64,000 bases of DNA from Thermoplasmatota archaeon (GTDB taxonomy: Archaea; Thermoplasmatota; Penumbrarchaeia; Penumbrarchaeales; Penumbrarchaeaceae): positions 14,603 to 78,602 of the forward strand of contig JARVGK010000006.1 of the NCBI GenBank assembly GCA_029762535.1, in the 5' to 3' direction. The position numbers and the translations under genes were made by a program. The notes beneath the pieces were generated by a model. That model was not told where the DNA came from, did no database searches, and worked only from the letters and a program-made list of their open reading frames with translations. Position 1 is the first letter of the stretch. Each line of letters begins with the position of its first letter. This document shows, piece by piece, positions 29,441 through 40,100 of this stretch.

Positions 29441-30593
29441 GAAGGGACAGGTCCTCGGCCACCCCGGATCTGACCATGTATCGGTTAATGAATATCCTGT
29501 TCTTGAGATAGACCAGATATCCCCCTCCCCCATGAGGCTTGAACATGACCTCCCTGCCGAGTATATGTTCGTTCAGATATGATATGGCCCTTTCTTCATG
29601 AAGGATACGGATCCCTCCAAGCTCCAGATCGTTCCCGTCCGAAAGCACAAGGGTTAATGGGTCCAGTATCTGCTCCACCTTGTTCAATTTATTTTTTTTG
29701 TATCGGTCCTTTTTAGAGGGTTCCATGTTGTTTATCGAGGGGAGGTATCCTTCATCGTAACATGGAATTGTGGAGGGAGGTCTCTCGAATATCGATACTT
29801 CCCCGCTGAGGAACCTGTCCTGACCCACTTTTTCCTTGATGATGGGGATATAGGTCATGTTCAATTCGTATCCCGTGCAGGACCTGTCAAGGTCCAGAGA
29901 GGCCTTCATCGTGGTCCCGCTGCCGAGGAATGGATCCAAAACCTCTTCCCCGACGAACGAGAACATGCGTATCAGCCTCCTCGGTAGTTCCTCGGGGAAC
30001 ACCGCCTCATGGTCCGCCTGTCTTGCGCCTTTGAACGTCCAATGCCCCGAGAAGTATTCCTTCCACTCCTCCTTGGATAGCTTGGACCCTTCCTTATCGA
30101 ACTTCTTCGGTCCTTCCTTGCCGGGTTTCTTGAATATCATTATATGTTCATGGTCCAGTTCGACGATGCCGTTCGGTGGATATGGGTACGAACCCATGAC
30201 CGGCGCGCCTCCAGTGGTGTTCAACGTGGTCCTCTTCTGCCATATTATGGATCCGATGAAATCGAATCCGAGCCTCTCGCATTGTATTATCATCTCGGCA
30301 TGGAGGGGCACCACCTTGTATCGCCCGTAATCCCTCGTGCGGGTGAACTGATCCCCTATGTTTATTACGAGCCTCCGACCCGGCACCAAGACTCTGAAGC
30401 ATTCCTCCCAGACGAGGTAGAGGTCCTTCAGGTACGTGTGAAGGTCCGATCCCCTGCCTATCTGGCCGTTTATCATGTAATCCTTGATGTCCCAGTAAGG
30501 GGGAGAGGTGATGATGAGATGTTTGGATCCCTCATCTATCTCGTTCATCTTCCTTGAATCGCCTATTATGAGCCTTCCCTTCATCCCGTCCAT
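29424..30593 (-). CDS. DNA methyltransferase (N4C/N6A, beta class) with C-terminal degenerate thermonuclease-like domain
   Basis: ITSPPY precedes VLDPFLGSGTT; HEAVFPEELPRRLI; tail ending YLVYLKNRIFINRYMVRSGVA. Confidence 0.88.
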   Translation of the reverse strand: MDGMKGRLIIGDSRKMNEIDEGSKHLIITSPPYWDIKDYMINGQIGRGSDLHTYLKDLYLVWEECFRVLVPGRRLVINIGDQFTRTRDYGRYKVVPLHAEMIIQCERLGFDFIGSIIWQKRTTLNTTGGAPVMGSYPYPPNGIVELDHEHIMIFKKPGKEGPKKFDKEGSKLSKEEWKEYFSGHWTFKGARQADHEAVFPEELPRRLIRMFSFVGEEVLDPFLGSGTTMKASLDLDRSCTGYELNMTYIPIIKEKVGQDRFLSGEVSIFERPPSTIPCYDEGYLPSINNMEPSKKDRYKKNKLNKVEQILDPLTLVLSDGNDLELGGIRILHEERAISYLNEHILGREVMFKPHGGGGYLVYLKNRIFINRYMVRSGVAEDLSLPKGRR

Positions 30594-30699
30594 ATATTAG
30601 TATGACACTGATGGACTATAATCGTTTTCTAAATATGACCAATGCACGCTATCGATATGAATGCAAGGTAGCGATCACCCTTTTGATAATGCATCGGTT

Positions 30700-32940
30700 C
30701 TATATCGAGTCAATAATGGCATTGTAGGTCTGGCTAGGCCTCATGGCCCTGGATGCCATATCGTCATCCGGCTTGTAGTAGCCGCCTATGTCCACGGGAT
30801 GTCCTTGGGCCGCGTTAAGCTCCTGCAATATCTTATCCTCGTTCCCCTCGAGCTGTTCTGCCACGGGTGTGAATATACTCTTCAGCTCGGGATCGTCATT
30901 CTGATCCGCAAGCTCCCTTGCCCAGAACATGGTCAGGTAGAAATGGCTGCCCCTGTTGTCTATCTCGTTGACGTCTCTACCGGGCGACCTATTGCTCTCG
31001 AGGAACCGACCGTTGGCCCTATCCAGGGTTTGGGACAGAACTCTAGCCTTTTCGTTCCCGGTCCTGTTGGCCAGGTGCTCGAGCGATGCCGATATGGCAA
31101 GGAACTCACCCAAAGAGTCCCATCTGAGATGACCCTCATTGAGGAACTGCTCGACGTGTTTGGGAGCGGAACCTCCCGCACCCGTCTCGAATAGACCTCC
31201 GCCGTTCATCAACGGCACGATCGAGAGCATCTTTGCGCTTGTGCCCACCTCTAGTATCGGGAAAAGGTCCGTGAGATAGTCCCTAAGGACGTTCCCAGTC
31301 ACGGAAATAGTGTCCTTTCCCTCCTTTATGTACTGGCATGAGAACCTGGTGGCCTCGTCCGGAGACATTATCCTTATATCGAGCCCTGTCAGATCGTATT
31401 CTTTCAGATATTCGTTCACTTTTTTGATCAATTCCGCATCGTGGGGCCTTTTCTCGTCAAGCCAGAACACGACAGGGAGCTTCGTATCGATGGCCCTGCC
31501 CACAGCTAATTTCACCCAGTCCTTGATCGCCGGGTCCTTGACCTCGCACATCCGGAAGATATCGCCCTTCTCCACATCCTGCTCCATCAGGACCTCGCCA
31601 GAGGAGGCGACTAGCCTCATCTTTCCGTCGCCTGGTGCCGAGAAGGTCTTATCATGGGACCCGTACTCCTCGGCCTTCTGGGCCATGAGGCCGACGTTCT
31701 GGACAGACCCCATGGACCTGGGGTCGAAAGCACCGTTCTGCCTGCAGAAATCGACGACGGCCCTGTACACCCCGGAATAGCTGCTGTCAGGGATCACGAA
31801 CTTTGCCTCTTTAAGTGTCCCATCCTTTCCGTACATCCTACCACCTGCCCTGATGGCTGCGGGCATGGAGGCATCGATTATGACATCGCTCGGGACGTGG
31901 AGATTGGTTAGGCCCTTATCCGAGTTCACCATGGCCAGCTCTGGACCTTTGGCATACACCGCCTCGATGTCCTTCACTATCTCCAACCTCTTCTCCTCAG
32001 GTAGCGATGCGATCTTTGTGTATAGGTCTCCTAGTCCGTTGTTGGGGTTGATCCCAAGCTCCTTGAATATCACTTCATGCTTCTCGAATACGTCTGCGAA
32101 GAAAACGGAGACAACGTGTCCGAATATAATAGGGTCGGACACCTTCATCATCGTCGCCTTCAGATGGATAGAGAACAGTACCCCCATCTCTTTAGAGTGC
32201 TCTATCTGCCCCCTTATGAAATCCCTGAGGGATCTCACGCTCATGTGAGATGTATCGACGATCTCCAGGGCAGGCAGCTTCATATTATCCTTGAGGACCT
32301 TGACATCGCCGTTATCTCCAGTATATTCTATCCTTGCCTCCATGTCCGAGTCTATCGTCAAAGACCTCTCGTTCGACCTGAGATCCCCGGATGCCATGCT
32401 GGATACATGCGCCCTGTTATCGGGTTTCCATTCAGCCATGGAATGCGGGTGCTTCCTCGCATAGTTCTTTACGGATGCCGGGGCTCTCCTATCTGAATTC
32501 CCTTCTCTCAGGACGGGATTGACCGCGCTGCCTTTTATCTTATCATAGACGGTCTTTATCGTCCTTTCCTCATCGTTCTTGGGTTCATCTGGATAATCCG
32601 GCAGGGCGTACCCTTTGCCCTGCAGCTCCTTTATCGTCGCTTTTAGCTGTGGTATCGACGCGCTTATACACGGGAGCTTGATAACGTTCGCTTCGGGCAT
32701 TTTGACAAGCTTCCCCAGCTCTTCCAGGTCATCGTTGATCCTCTTGTCCTCGCTCAGATGGTCGGGGAACTTGGCTATCGTCCTGCCGGAGAGCGATATG
32801 TCCCTGGTCTCCACCTTCACTCCCGCGGCTCCCGTGAACGCTTTGATCACGGGAAGCAGCGAATAGGTCGCAAGCGCCGGGGCCTCATCGACCCTGGTGT
32901 ATATTATCCTGTTTCCATCAATTCTCTCTTCGTTCGACAT
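30700..32940 (-). CDS. icd: Monomeric NADP-dependent isocitrate dehydrogenase
   Basis: [64 protein letters not shown]. Confidence 0.96.
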   Translation of the reverse strand: MSNEERIDGNRIIYTRVDEAPALATYSLLPVIKAFTGAAGVKVETRDISLSGRTIAKFPDHLSEDKRINDDLEELGKLVKMPEANVIKLPCISASIPQLKATIKELQGKGYALPDYPDEPKNDEERTIKTVYDKIKGSAVNPVLREGNSDRRAPASVKNYARKHPHSMAEWKPDNRAHVSSMASGDLRSNERSLTIDSDMEARIEYTGDNGDVKVLKDNMKLPALEIVDTSHMSVRSLRDFIRGQIEHSKEMGVLFSIHLKATMMKVSDPIIFGHVVSVFFADVFEKHEVIFKELGINPNNGLGDLYTKIASLPEEKRLEIVKDIEAVYAKGPELAMVNSDKGLTNLHVPSDVIIDASMPAAIRAGGRMYGKDGTLKEAKFVIPDSSYSGVYRAVVDFCRQNGAFDPRSMGSVQNVGLMAQKAEEYGSHDKTFSAPGDGKMRLVASSGEVLMEQDVEKGDIFRMCEVKDPAIKDWVKLAVGRAIDTKLPVVFWLDEKRPHDAELIKKVNEYLKEYDLTGLDIRIMSPDEATRFSCQYIKEGKDTISVTGNVLRDYLTDLFPILEVGTSAKMLSIVPLMNGGGLFETGAGGSAPKHVEQFLNEGHLRWDSLGEFLAISASLEHLANRTGNEKARVLSQTLDRANGRFLESNRSPGRDVNEIDNRGSHFYLTMFWARELADQNDDPELKSIFTPVAEQLEGNEDKILQELNAAQGHPVDIGGYYKPDDDMASRAMRPSQTYNAIIDSI

Positions 32941-34570
32941 CCTTTTCCTCCTTTTCAGCGAATACCGCATCATCGTAGTATCTTGGTTCGACGTTCCTTA
33001 CCACATCTATGATGGTCCCGTCCCTGTATTCGATCAAAGCAACGATCTCATCTCCCCAGTTAGGTTCGACCTTGGTCTGGGTTATCTCGTAGGCCTGCCT
33101 TTGAAGGTCCTCTATGGTCGTTATCTTCATGTCCCGGGGTATCTTGACCGAAGCGAGCTTTTCAAGAAGGTCGATCCTTCGCGGGTTCATCGCTATGCCC
33201 CGCTCTGTCACGACGACGTCAATGTTCTCTCCAGGGGTCACCACGGTGTTGACCCTGTCGACCACGACCGGATACCTTCCTCTGAAAAGAGGGACGGTCA
33301 ATATCGTCAGGCTAGCTCCGGCCGCGGTGTCCGAGTGCCCTCCGACGGGCTCGGCTATGATGCCGTTGGACATCGTGACCGAATTAACGTTATAATCCAG
33401 ATCCACCTCGGTCGCGCCCAGGACGACTATGTCCAGCTTGTTGACGGTACATCCTCTCCCATGTATGTTGGCGTATGCTCCGATAGGCAGGTCAACGTGG
33501 ATCTTGGGGTTCTCCTTCATGTTATGTATGGCGGCCACATCGAATGCCTGGCCCGTGATGAGTTTCTTCACTGTCCCATCGAGGAGCATCTCGACAAGGA
33601 ATTTCGTGGTCCCGCCCTGGGCCCAGGCGGCCTTCACCCCCTTTTCCTTCATCCTCTGATGAAGGAATTCCGTGAAAGCAAGCGAGATCCCCCCGGCCCC
33701 CGCTTGAAAGCTCATCCCCTCCTTGACGTAACCCAATAGGTCCGCGATCCTCATCGCGTCCTTGGCTATCTTGAGCCTGGTGGGCGAGTTGGTTATCCTG
33801 AGTTCGCCTGAGGCGATCTTGTTCGGATCCCCTATCTTGTCCACGACGACCACGTAATCTACCAGCTCCTGGCCGATGGACATGGGGAAGTTGGGATATT
33901 CCACAAGATGGTCCGTCACTGCGATAACATGGTCGGCGAAGTGAGCATCGGCATAGGCGAAATTGATCGTACCGCAAGCTGATGGGCCGTTGATCGCGTT
34001 GAGATTTCCCAGTTCATCTGCGGATGGTGCTCCTATGAAGGCCACATCCACGTGTATGTCACCGGCCTCGATCGCCCGGACCCTTCCCCCATGGGACCGG
34101 ATCCTCATAGGTTGGTTGAGATATCTTCCTGAGCTTACGAGCCTCCCGAACTCGCCCCTTGCGGAACCGCCTTCGACCTTTTTGATCGTCCCGTTCATTA
34201 TACATCGGATTATTGCCTCCTCCTGGCAGGGGAATGTGGATGAGGGGGCAAGGATGAGGTCCTTTATTCCCTTCCTCTCGATCTCCGCAAGGACCATGTT
34301 CATCACATGGTCCCCGTTCCTGAAATGGTGGTGGAAGGATATGGTCATGCCGTCCTTCAACCCGATCTTTTCCATTGCCTCGCCAAGTGTTTTCACAACC
34401 TCGTTCTCCTCGGAGGCAACATATCCGAGCTTGGGTCCGTACTTATGGTCCTTGACCGGCCTGTGGGCGAAGGGACCTTTGTAAGGTATCAGCTCCACAC
34501 CATCGATGGACCTCGGGACCTTTCTACCCAGGGAGTTCTCCACCCACTCCACATCCGAGATCTTCACCAT
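32918..34570 (-). CDS. citF: Citrate lyase alpha subunit (citrate CoA/ACP transferase)
   Basis: [49 protein letters not shown]. Confidence 0.94.
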   Translation of the reverse strand: MVKISDVEWVENSLGRKVPRSIDGVELIPYKGPFAHRPVKDHKYGPKLGYVASEENEVVKTLGEAMEKIGLKDGMTISFHHHFRNGDHVMNMVLAEIERKGIKDLILAPSSTFPCQEEAIIRCIMNGTIKKVEGGSARGEFGRLVSSGRYLNQPMRIRSHGGRVRAIEAGDIHVDVAFIGAPSADELGNLNAINGPSACGTINFAYADAHFADHVIAVTDHLVEYPNFPMSIGQELVDYVVVVDKIGDPNKIASGELRITNSPTRLKIAKDAMRIADLLGYVKEGMSFQAGAGGISLAFTEFLHQRMKEKGVKAAWAQGGTTKFLVEMLLDGTVKKLITGQAFDVAAIHNMKENPKIHVDLPIGAYANIHGRGCTVNKLDIVVLGATEVDLDYNVNSVTMSNGIIAEPVGGHSDTAAGASLTILTVPLFRGRYPVVVDRVNTVVTPGENIDVVVTERGIAMNPRRIDLLEKLASVKIPRDMKITTIEDLQRQAYEITQTKVEPNWGDEIVALIEYRDGTIIDVVRNVEPRYYDDAVFAEKEEKDVERREN

Positions 34571-35514
34571 CAGTCATCGCCTCCACCGCTTTTTTTTGCC
34601 TTCTGCTGCATCATCTCCGTCACTTCCTCGGGAGATGGTATGTCAAGGTCCGCCATCTTGGCGATCTCGAGCACCCTCTCGGCCTTGAGCACTATTGGTC
34701 TGTCTATCATCTTCGCCCCTAGGGCGACCGCTCCTGAGCCCTTCTTTTTCGCTTCCTCGATAGCCATCTTCACCCTAACGGCGTAGAGGATCTGCTCTGG
34801 GGTTGGATCGAAAACCGAATGTATTATCTCGACCTGGCTGGGATGGATGCATGCCTTTCCATCGTAACCCATTGTCTTTATCATCTCGGTCTCCTTTCTC
34901 AAACCTTCGGGGTCGCCGAAATCAGAATAGACAGTATCTATTGCTTGTATCCCGGCGGCCTTGGCCGCGAGAAGTACCATCGACCTAGCCGTGTTTATCG
35001 CCGTTCCTGTGCTGGACCTCTCACCCCCGAGATCCGCTGTAAGGTCCTCTCCGCCTATGGTAAGCGCCTCGAGTCTTTTGGAGCATCTTGCGATATCATA
35101 TGCGTTGATGATGCCCTTTGCCGTCTCCAATGTCGCGAACAGCTTTATCCTGCCTATTGGGAGGCCTTTCTTCTCCTCCAGGTCGGTCACGATATCATCC
35201 ACCTGTATGACGTCCTCCCTGGACTCGACCTTCGGAATGTATATGCCGTGCAGTTTCTCCGAGACTATCTGTTTGATGTCCCATTTCCCGTAGGGCGTGC
35301 TCATCGGATTGATCCTCACGGTGACCTCGGTCGCTGGGCCGAAATCGATGACCTTCAATGCCTCGGAGACGAGCATCCTGGCATCGGTCTTGTATTCGAG
35401 GGGAACGGAGTCCTCAAGGTCTAATGATATTACATCGGCGCCGTATAGACCTGCTGGGGGTATCATCTTCGGGTTGTTCCCTGGGACGTATAGCCTGGAA
35501 CGTCTGAGCCTCAT
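34570..35514 (-). CDS. citE: Citrate lyase beta subunit (citryl-CoA/ACP lyase)
   Basis: RRSRLYVPGNNP, DLEDSV, VRINP, GGED, GKACIHPSQ, MIDRPI. Confidence 0.94.
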   Translation of the reverse strand: MRLRRSRLYVPGNNPKMIPPAGLYGADVISLDLEDSVPLEYKTDARMLVSEALKVIDFGPATEVTVRINPMSTPYGKWDIKQIVSEKLHGIYIPKVESREDVIQVDDIVTDLEEKKGLPIGRIKLFATLETAKGIINAYDIARCSKRLEALTIGGEDLTADLGGERSSTGTAINTARSMVLLAAKAAGIQAIDTVYSDFGDPEGLRKETEMIKTMGYDGKACIHPSQVEIIHSVFDPTPEQILYAVRVKMAIEEAKKKGSGAVALGAKMIDRPIVLKAERVLEIAKMADLDIPSPEEVTEMMQQKAKKSGGGDD

Positions 35515-35795
35515 TCAAAAGCGCCCCCTTTTATCGCAGCGGCCTTGGTGCGCGCCACTATGGTGAAGTTCAGAGGGCTCTTACCAGAGCTCCAAACGAT
35601 GGCGTCCTCTATGCCCATACCGTGAAGCGTATTATCAAAGATCCGGAAGACCTCATCCCTGAAGACATCTCGGGATTTCCCCACTATTTCTATCTTTATA
35701 CCAGTCCCGGGCTCTGCGGGCGAGAGCTTTACTATGCAGTCCTCTCTCTCCTCGGTGCCGGCCTGGGCCTCCCTTAGCAGCTTTCTTGCGGCCAT
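35511..35795 (-). CDS. citD: Citrate lyase acyl-carrier protein (gamma), atypical
   Basis: 94 aa immediately upstream of citE. AQAGTEERED aligns to AxAGTLESxD; C-terminal TIVAR. Confidence 0.8.
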   Translation of the reverse strand: MAARKLLREAQAGTEEREDCIVKLSPAEPGTGIKIEIVGKSRDVFRDEVFRIFDNTLHGMGIEDAIVWSSGKSPLNFTIVARTKAAAIKGGAFE

Positions 35796-35807
35796 GACAT
35801 CACAACC

Positions 35808-37730
35808 TCATGAAAGCTGGCTCTTGGTATAATTGAGGGTTCCGCCGAGCCTGATGGTCTCCAGCTCCCTATCGGAGAGATCGTGGACGAGCTTTATCTT
35901 CGATCCCTTGTTCACTACCTCAATGATCAACTCACCCTTGAGATCGCCCACTTCCAGCTTCAGCTGGTCACCCTTCTCTATCTTGTCGTAATCGGAAGGG
36001 TCATTGAAGGTCAAGGGTGGGATCCCGAAGTTAATTAGGTTCGCCCTGTGTATCCTTGCGAAGGACTTGACGATAACAGCTTTGACACCAAGGTATTTCG
36101 GTGCCAGTGCTGCGTGCTCTCTGGATGATCCCTGACCGTAATTGTCCCCGCCGATGACGAAACCACCTTTCTTCTCGAGCGCCCTCTGCGGGAAGGTGTT
36201 GTCCACCTGACTGAAGACGAATTCGGATATGGCCGGGACGTTGGACCTGAGAGGCAGGATCTTCGCTCCTGCGGGCATGATGTGGTCCGTCGTTATGTTG
36301 TCTCCGACCTTTATAAGGACCTCCCCATTAAGCTCCGGCGATAGCGGTTGGAAGTCCGGCAGCGGTTTTATGTTAGGACCTCTCAGGATCTCCACCTTTC
36401 CCGCCTCATCAGGGGGCAGCGGATACACTATTAAGCTGTCGTCGTAGTCGTAAACCTCAGGTTCATCGATCATGTGCATTTGACCGATCTCCCTCGGGTC
36501 CGCGAACTCTCCCTTTATCGCCGTATAGGCAGCTATCTCTGGGGAGACCAGATAGACCTGGGCATCCTTTGTACCTGACCGGCCTTCGAAGTTGCGGTTG
36601 AATGTCCTCACTGATATCGCTCCCGTGTTCGGAGCGAGACCCATTCCAATGCATGGTCCACAGGCGTTCTCGAGCATCCTGAAACCCGCTCCGACGATAT
36701 CCGCCAGCGCGCCGTTCTTGGTTATCATCTTCACAATGGCCCTCGATCCGGGGGATACGGTAGCGGATACATCCTGATGGACCTTCTTCCCCTTCATTAT
36801 CTGGGCGACAACCATAAGGTCCCTGTATGATGAATTCGTGCAGGAACCCACGCATACCTGGTCCACTTTCATACCCAGAAGCTCTTTGAGGGTGACCACC
36901 GCCCCTGGGGAATGAGGTTTTGCCACCATCGGCTCCAAGGATGAGAGGTCTATCTCCATGACCGTATCGTAAGCTGCGTCATCGTCAGCTTTCAGTTCGA
37001 TCCATTGGTCCTCCCTGCCCTGTGCCTTGAGGAACTGCCTGGTGATCTCGTCCGAGGGAAATATGGAGGTCGTGGCTCCCGTTTCCGTCCCCATATTTGT
37101 GATCGTGGCCCTGTCCGGGACGCTCAAACTCTTAATGCCTGGGCCGAAATACTCAAGTATGAATCCCCTGCCTCCCTTTACATCGAGCCTTCTTAGGACC
37201 TCGAGTATCACGTCCTTGCCGGATACCCAATCAGGAAGCTCACCCTTCAGATGGACCCCCATGATCTTCGGGTACTTCAGACCGAAGGCCCCACCTCCCA
37301 TGGATACTGCGACATCGAGACCGCCTGCACCTATGGCGAGGGATGCCACGCCACCAGCAGTTGGTGTGTGGGAGTCCGATCCGATCAGGGTCTTTCCCGG
37401 CCTTGCGAAGCGTTCGAGCATTACCTGATGGCAGATCCCGTTGCCGGCCTTGGACAGCGTAATGCCATATCTCCTCGCGATGGATTGGAGATACCTGTGA
37501 TCGTCAGCGTTCTTGAAATCGCTCTGCAGCGTGTTATGGTCTATGAATGATACGCTCAATTCGGTCTTTACCCGGTCAAGGCCCATTGCCTCGAACTGAA
37601 GGTATGCCATGGTCCCAGTAGCATCTTGGGTGAGCGTCTGGTCCATCTTGATCCCTATATCGGATCCTTTCTCTTCATCTCCTGATACGATATGTTCTCT
37701 GATGATCTTCTCCGAAAGGGTTAGTCCCAT
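35808..37730 (-). CDS. acn: Aconitate hydratase
   Basis: QDATGT, GICHQ, GSDSHT, GSCTNSS, CGPCIG, FNRNF, TTDHI, GSSREHAA. Confidence 0.95.
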   Translation of the reverse strand: MGLTLSEKIIREHIVSGDEEKGSDIGIKMDQTLTQDATGTMAYLQFEAMGLDRVKTELSVSFIDHNTLQSDFKNADDHRYLQSIARRYGITLSKAGNGICHQVMLERFARPGKTLIGSDSHTPTAGGVASLAIGAGGLDVAVSMGGGAFGLKYPKIMGVHLKGELPDWVSGKDVILEVLRRLDVKGGRGFILEYFGPGIKSLSVPDRATITNMGTETGATTSIFPSDEITRQFLKAQGREDQWIELKADDDAAYDTVMEIDLSSLEPMVAKPHSPGAVVTLKELLGMKVDQVCVGSCTNSSYRDLMVVAQIMKGKKVHQDVSATVSPGSRAIVKMITKNGALADIVGAGFRMLENACGPCIGMGLAPNTGAISVRTFNRNFEGRSGTKDAQVYLVSPEIAAYTAIKGEFADPREIGQMHMIDEPEVYDYDDSLIVYPLPPDEAGKVEILRGPNIKPLPDFQPLSPELNGEVLIKVGDNITTDHIMPAGAKILPLRSNVPAISEFVFSQVDNTFPQRALEKKGGFVIGGDNYGQGSSREHAALAPKYLGVKAVIVKSFARIHRANLINFGIPPLTFNDPSDYDKIEKGDQLKLEVGDLKGELIIEVVNKGSKIKLVHDLSDRELETIRLGGTLNYTKSQLS

Positions 37731-37749
37731 TTTATTCCTCCTTATCACC

Positions 37750-37907
37750 TGCCCATCGGGGCGATTGCCATAAGTCGAACCGATATATATATGTTACTGA
37801 ATTATAATTATAGAAAATCTTTTTTATATTATTGTAGATGATTTCTTAAATTAATTTCCATTATAACGATGAATATATATATGATCGGGTGCATCATGTA
37901 AGCCAAT
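37750..37907. promoter_or_regulatory. AT-rich divergent promoter region (acn operon / regulator)
   Basis: Several TATA-like elements (TATATATAT, ATTATAATTATA, TTTTTATAT) between divergent starts. Confidence 0.6.
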
Positions 37908-39062
37908 ATGAAGAACTTGAACGATGCTGAGAGAACGGCCCTGTTCGGTCTCGTGACATTTCCCGATCTCAACGACATGGACCTCTCACAACGTTTCTCA
38001 ATGAAGTATTCCACATTCGCCTCGGCCAAGAGTCGCGTGATCGCAAAGGGATTCGTCGATGAGTACTATCTGCCCGTATTCCCTAGGCTTGGCTTCGAGC
38101 TATTGGCGACCGTATATACGGATTTCAACCCTGCTGTGACTGTGGAGGAACGCGTCAAGAACACGATAAAGCATGTAGAGGTCTATCCCGAGATGGTTTT
38201 TTCCCTCGGAGAGTCACACAGGGGTTTCTCGATATCGATCGCTGAGAACGTCACCCGCGTCATGAGGATATCACTCGAGAGGATCAAGTTGTTCGCTGAG
38301 CTGAACCTTCTGGAGATCGAGCTTCCCACGGAGATAATGCTTCCGTTCGAACTCTCGAACATTCATAGGTACTTCAACCTCTCACCACTGATCAATCTTA
38401 CTTACTCCACCACGGGCAAGAGCGGGTCGGAGCTTTCCAAGGAATTCTCCATCCCCCGAAGCGATCTTCTTTTTGGGGATTCGATTATGCAGGTCAATCC
38501 TAAAAACGAAAGATCGCAAGAGGACGATCTCTCCAGGGTGGAAAAGGAGCTGATGTACTATATAGTGAAGTACCCTCAACTATCGGCGGCAAAGCTCGCG
38601 AACATCGCCCCCTATTCTAGGCATACGATATCAAAGGTGAGGGAGGACATGCTGTATCGGGGTCTTCTAACCAAGCAGGTCATTCCGAACCTCAATGTAC
38701 TAGGATATTCCATACTCTCCCTGTTCCATGCCCGGATCGATCCAAGCAAACCCATAGATCCATCGACATGCAACCGGAGAGAGATCCTCCAGGATGAGAC
38801 CGTGTTCCTTGTCAGTAGGCCGACCGAGCTTTTGATGCTCGCCGTTTACGAGGATTACGTACATTACAACAAAGGCATGGGTGCTTTCATCCAGTTCCTC
38901 AAGTCAGGGAACTACATAACCAAGATCCCGACGATAAGGAACCACTCCCTCAAAGAGGCGATCATGATCAAGAGGTTCCAGTACCATGAGCTCCTGAGAC
39001 AGAGGTTCTCGCTCAATATCAAAGATGGTCGAGATACCAATATCGATGATCATCTCTCGTGA
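37908..39062 (+). CDS. Transcriptional regulator with two tandem Lrp/AsnC-like wHTH modules
   Basis: Two similar units, LNDAE..P...LS......ST....KGFV....P....LGF and LSRVE..P...LA......HT....RGLL....P....LGY. Confidence 0.7.
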   Translation: MKNLNDAERTALFGLVTFPDLNDMDLSQRFSMKYSTFASAKSRVIAKGFVDEYYLPVFPRLGFELLATVYTDFNPAVTVEERVKNTIKHVEVYPEMVFSLGESHRGFSISIAENVTRVMRISLERIKLFAELNLLEIELPTEIMLPFELSNIHRYFNLSPLINLTYSTTGKSGSELSKEFSIPRSDLLFGDSIMQVNPKNERSQEDDLSRVEKELMYYIVKYPQLSAAKLANIAPYSRHTISKVREDMLYRGLLTKQVIPNLNVLGYSILSLFHARIDPSKPIDPSTCNRREILQDETVFLVSRPTELLMLAVYEDYVHYNKGMGAFIQFLKSGNYITKIPTIRNHSLKEAIMIKRFQYHELLRQRFSLNIKDGRDTNIDDHLS

Positions 39063-39106
39063 TCATCAAACACTCTTAACAGATATCATTTGGTATTAAA
39101 ATCACA

Positions 39107-39333
39107 GCAGAGTTTGGCATATTGATTTACATACCTCTGCCCAACGGTGACGTGAATTTGACGCTCCGTTGGGCTTAGAACATGCCAATGTAATTGGCAG
39201 GTTAGGTGAAATAACATCAGTTATTTTACGACTATTTCGAAGTCCCGTATCATATCGATCTTGACGCAAGGGACTTACGAAAAAACCCGATTTTCATTAT
39301 TTGTTGTGAGCCTCTGGCTCATGAGGGTTTTTT
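39107..39333 (+). ncRNA. Candidate structured non-coding RNA (5-6 consecutive hairpins)
   Basis: Stems read by eye at 39139-39174, 39179-39203, 39206-39229, 39235-39282 and 39281-39333. G-U pairs favour the + strand; ends in a U-tract. Confidence 0.5.
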
Positions 39334-39334
39334 A

Positions 39335-40096
39335 TCAAACATCGAGCTCGATCCCGACCGGGCAATGATCGGAACCCGTTACTTCTTTTAATATGAACGC
39401 GTCATTCAACTTTGGCAGCAACACCTCATCTAAGAAGAAATAATCTATCCTCCAGCCGATGTCGCGCTCTCTGGCCCTGGTCTTGTAATCCCACCAGGAA
39501 TATGATACCTCTTCGGGATGCGTATGCCTGAAGGAATCAAAAAAACCCGAACCTATGACCTTGTCTATCCACTTCCTCTCGATGGGGAGGAATCCGGATA
39601 TCTTTTCGTTCTCCTTCGGCCTGGCCAGATCGATCTCGTTATGGGCAGTGTTCACATCGCCGCAGAACACCACTGCCCTACTCTTCCTGTATTCCAATAT
39701 CCTCTCCAGGAAAGCCTCGTAGAAATCCAACTTGAACCTCAATCTCTCATCGCCCTGTTTACCATTGGGGAAGTATGCATTGAAGAGTATGAATTTCTCG
39801 TGATGGGAGATCACAAGCCTTCCCTCCCGATCTAAACTCTCGATCCCCAATCCGTATTCCACCTCTAAGGGTTCGTCCCTGGACCATGTGCTGACGCCTG
39901 AATATCCCTTCTTTTCTGCGGATGTAAAATACTTTTCAAAACCTTCAAAGTCAAGTATCACCGGGTCCAGCTGCTCAGGACGGGCCTTGGTCTCTTGTAT
40001 GCAGAATATGTCCGGTCCGTCCTCTTTGATGAATTCGAGCATGCCCTTGGATGCCGCGGACCTGATCCCGTTGACGTTCCACGATAAGAGCCTGAT
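39335..40096 (-). CDS. xth: Exodeoxyribonuclease III / AP endonuclease
   Basis: SWNVNGIR, QETK, YFPNG, GDVNTAH, WRIDYF, SDHCP. ATC 40096 proposed as start (TTG at 40150 is the alternative). Confidence 0.93.
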   Translation of the reverse strand: MRLLSWNVNGIRSAASKGMLEFIKEDGPDIFCIQETKARPEQLDPVILDFEGFEKYFTSAEKKGYSGVSTWSRDEPLEVEYGLGIESLDREGRLVISHHEKFILFNAYFPNGKQGDERLRFKLDFYEAFLERILEYRKSRAVVFCGDVNTAHNEIDLARPKENEKISGFLPIERKWIDKVIGSGFFDSFRHTHPEEVSYSWWDYKTRARERDIGWRIDYFFLDEVLLPKLNDAFILKEVTGSDHCPVGIELDV

Positions 40097-40100
40097 CGGA

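Noticed and set aside
39151-39163. Similar hairpin apex CGTGAATTTGACG versus CGTTGAATTGACG at 63881-63893
   Set aside because: Too short to establish homology between the two RNA candidates without a covariance model.
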